The notes beneath the pieces were generated by a model. The model saw nothing but the letters and a program-made list of their open reading frames with translations, was not told the origin of the DNA and did not search any database. A stretch of 64,000 nucleotides of DNA from the NCBI GenBank assembly GCA_002633005.1, contig NMRA01000059.1, forward strand, positions 547,883 to 611,882, read 5' to 3'. Positions 61,238 to 64,000 of the stretch are shown one piece after another. The translations under genes were made by a program, and so were the position numbers. The stretch is from Phoronis australis. Taxonomy: Eukaryota; Animalia; Phoronida. Within the stretch, counting starts at the first letter, position 1. Each line of letters opens with the position of its first letter.

Positions 61238-61367
61238 GTAAAACGACGAGCGTCGGTGCTAAAATATATTAAAACATGAGCTTTTTATCAAGTGCATGGC
61301 ACAGACTGCTCGAAACGTGGGAAATATTTTAATATATTTTAGTACCGGCGCTCGTCGTTTTACTTTA
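61238..61367. repeat. Small palindromic element (~40-bp arms); duplicated at 61509-61638 across N 61440
   Basis: gtaaaacgacgagcgtcggtgctaaaatatattaaaa / ttttaatatattttagtaccggcgctcgtcgttttac. Confidence 0.75.
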
Positions 61368-61691
61368 CTATTTTACCCCTCTTAACCGTCGATAACATCA
61401 TGGAATTTCAACATCTCCTTCAGGGGCGGATCCAGGATTNTTTAGATAAACCGAAGGTGAGTTCAATTTCATTTCCACTGCCTCCTTCACAAAGGTAAAG
61501 TAGTGAAAGTAAAACGACGAGCGTCGGTGCTAAAATATATCAAAACATGAGCTTTTTATCAAGTGCATGGCACAGACTGCTCGAAACGTGGGAAATATTT
61601 TAATATATTTTAGTACCGGCGCTCGTCGTTTTACTTTACTATTTTACCCCTCTTAACCGTCGATAACATCATGGAATTTCAACATCTCCTT

Positions 61692-61852
61692 CAGGGGCGG
61701 ATCCAGGATTTTGAGTTAGGGGGGGGGGGCAGGGCAGAGTATTAGCCAGGATTTTGCTCGTCAGACATCCGCACCCCCGTACTGCCAAATGGAATGTGGG
61801 GGAATTTTAGGGGGGACCATGGCCCCTTGGCCCCCTTCTAAATCTGCCACTG
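61692..61852 (-). mobile_element. CAG...CTG MITE copy with 5-bp TSD
   Basis: caggggcggatccagg...aatctgccactg flanked by TCCTT/TCCTT; reverse-complement homologue of 10993-11150. Confidence 0.78.
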
Positions 61853-63411
61853 TCCTTTACAAACGTTGTCAGTATATGAACATTTGATTTATTTTTATTT
61901 TCATAGCTTAAAGGCAGCAGTTAAGGAATTATTCCAATTTAAACGAATAATCGCGCGAGTGCGTTCATAGGTAGACTTCACTGTTTATTTGAGCCTAGAG
62001 AACTTACGCGAGATGTCACGAGATTAGGGAACGGCGTACGAGGGTACAGCACACCTTTCGTGGGGAAGGAATAATGTGCGAGAAGAGGGTTGATCCGTGT
62101 GCGACAAAACCTATTCACAAGTCACGTGATTAGTATTTAAATCTCAGTTGTTGTCATCCATTTACAAATAAAGTAGAAGGAAGACATGGCCCTTTTAGAC
62201 CTCAGTAAATCCGCCACTGGGACCAACTTCATCTTGCATCAGGTGACGCTGGAGAGAAAGATTCCGACCCATTTTACCAGGCATCATGTGTCTTATACCG
62301 CTTCATCGCCTCAATTTCCAGAAAAAAATACGTAACTAATTATCCTCTTTGGCCGAACCGATTTCTAACTAAGGATAAGAATGCAACGACGTTCACTGAT
62401 GTGTTGAAAAACCCGTGAAAAACGTTTATGTTTCCAGGTCTCTGAATCTACTCTCTGTCCTTTCAAGTGGCGACTAGAAAATTGATCAATGACATTGCAC
62501 GCTTCTAGTAAACTTACAACTTAACTTTGTCAGTGGCGGATCAAGGATACCATAAGGACTGGCCCCACATTGTGTCTCGGAGAATCGCACCAAGCAAGAT
62601 TGCGCGGGCGCACCCAGCCTAAAGTATAGCCGGAGAGCTCGAATACCTGAGGTTATTCACAACTAAAAAAAAAACGGGTAGCCGATTGTGACGGCACTCG
62701 CACATACAAAGTGAATCTTATTTCAGCCGCATATTCATGACCGGAGTTAGTTACTGAACTCAATATTTCCTAACGTAAATCCGCCTATGTTTGTACTCGT
62801 ATAACTAAACGTGATTGATTAGATCTTGCGTTTGAGTCGAAGCCAATTCCGGAGATTAGATCCTACACCCAGAATAGTAACGATGAACAATTTTGAAAAA
62901 GTATCTGGGATTGTTCACGCGCATTTCTTTTTATGAGGGAGCATACAATAATTAATATGAAAGCATTTTGGTTACCGTGGAAGTACCAACCTATATTTAC
63001 GAAGTAGGGGCTCTTTACCAAAGAAATAACTTGTGTGGCAGTATTCAAATATCTCGAACACAGTATCATCACATTCTCTAAGACATGACTGTAATTGGCT
63101 CAAACTTGTACAATGCATTTTTGTGCTACCTGTAAGGAGCACGTGCATTTTCATCGAAGTTATAACAGAAAAACACATAACATTTTTGTGGATGTTTATT
63201 ATTTGAGAATGTACAAAATTAAATCATTCACTTGAAAAAAGCACAGAGGTTTTCTATCTCCAGAATGAGAGAGTGTTGAAAAGTTTGCCTGTCGTGGGTT
63301 CATTCCTGTTGTTGAGGTCCTGATTGTTCATTTAAACACACAGAGCAGATGACGCGCCTGTGTTAGTGTATACTAGATAAGACAAAAGGAAAACATTGAA
63401 ATGACTGTAGA

Positions 63412-63689
63412 CATGAGCGCACCCAAGGTGTGTGTGGGGGGGGGGGGCTCGGAGAGCTCGAAGGAGCTCCCCATTTAGCGACGTGGGCAAAAATGTCCGC
63501 CTCAGAGAAACAAAAAACCCGAAAAAGTAGAAAACGTGACAAAAGTCCACCAAAAAGGCAGGAACTATCAAAATTAGGCGAATGTACAATTCATAGATCT
63601 GAACGTAACCCGTTTTTTTAACTTTTTTAGTAAAAGGTCCCCATTCTCAAAATTTCGAACCCCCCATTTTTAGGCTGGGTGCGCGTATG
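63412..63689. mobile_element. MITE-like element
   Basis: Imperfect TIRs catgagcgcacccaagg / ggctgggtgcgcgtatg. Confidence 0.45.
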
Positions 63690-64000
63690 TTACAGAAGTA
63701 CAAATTTTAAAGGGATTTAACTTTTGCACGATAACCTTCTTGATAATGTTAAAGTCAATTGTGTTACTGAAGCTCTGAAGGTCTTGTGAAGCAAGATGTT
63801 ACGGAGTTATCTGTAGAGTTGTAGGCCTACAGGTTTTGTACATCTGCAGTGGCGCACGAGATAGTTGTTGTATTCTTGGCTTTGATCTTTATGCTCTTTC
63901 TTCAGCCAACGACAACGTTTCCGGTAATGAGTTTCCGTAGTTGTCGGATCATACTGCTCACACACGCATTTTAGTGTGAGGCGCTTTGCATAACTGCCGT

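Noticed and set aside
61171-61710. 270-bp tandem duplication
   Set aside because: Near-identical overlap on either side of N 61440; assembly overlap

Overview
Eukaryotic (metazoan, probably marine invertebrate; TTAGGG-type repeat, intron-rich genes) genomic window with several single-N scaffold joins. Left to right: (1) the first four coding exons of mTOR on the minus strand, running off the left edge; (2) head-to-head with it, the last exon of UBIAD1, whose 5' part is lost at an N join; (3) a 12-exon MFSD8/CLN7-like MFS transporter gene (+, 14443-46482); (4) inside its first coding intron, a 15.9-kb TTAA-flanked Sola3-type DNA transposon (14749-30625) carrying an apparently intact 10-exon, ~1220-aa DDD transposase, nested MITEs and an array of CTCF-like motifs, with the precise empty site also assembled next to it (30887-31180); (5) a 6-exon angiopoietin-like fibrinogen-domain gene (+, 51537-57354) with a GC-AG intron. 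The most unusual structures are two tandem arrays built from exon/intron junctions: 44 perfect copies of a 23-bp unit carrying the MFS exon-7 5' splice site, and a 44-bp-period array duplicating an mTOR 5' splice site. Many MITEs, minisatellites and haplotype-like duplications at N joins are also present. All exon models were built by hand from splice signals and reading-frame phase, and family assignments come from remembered motifs, not database searches.
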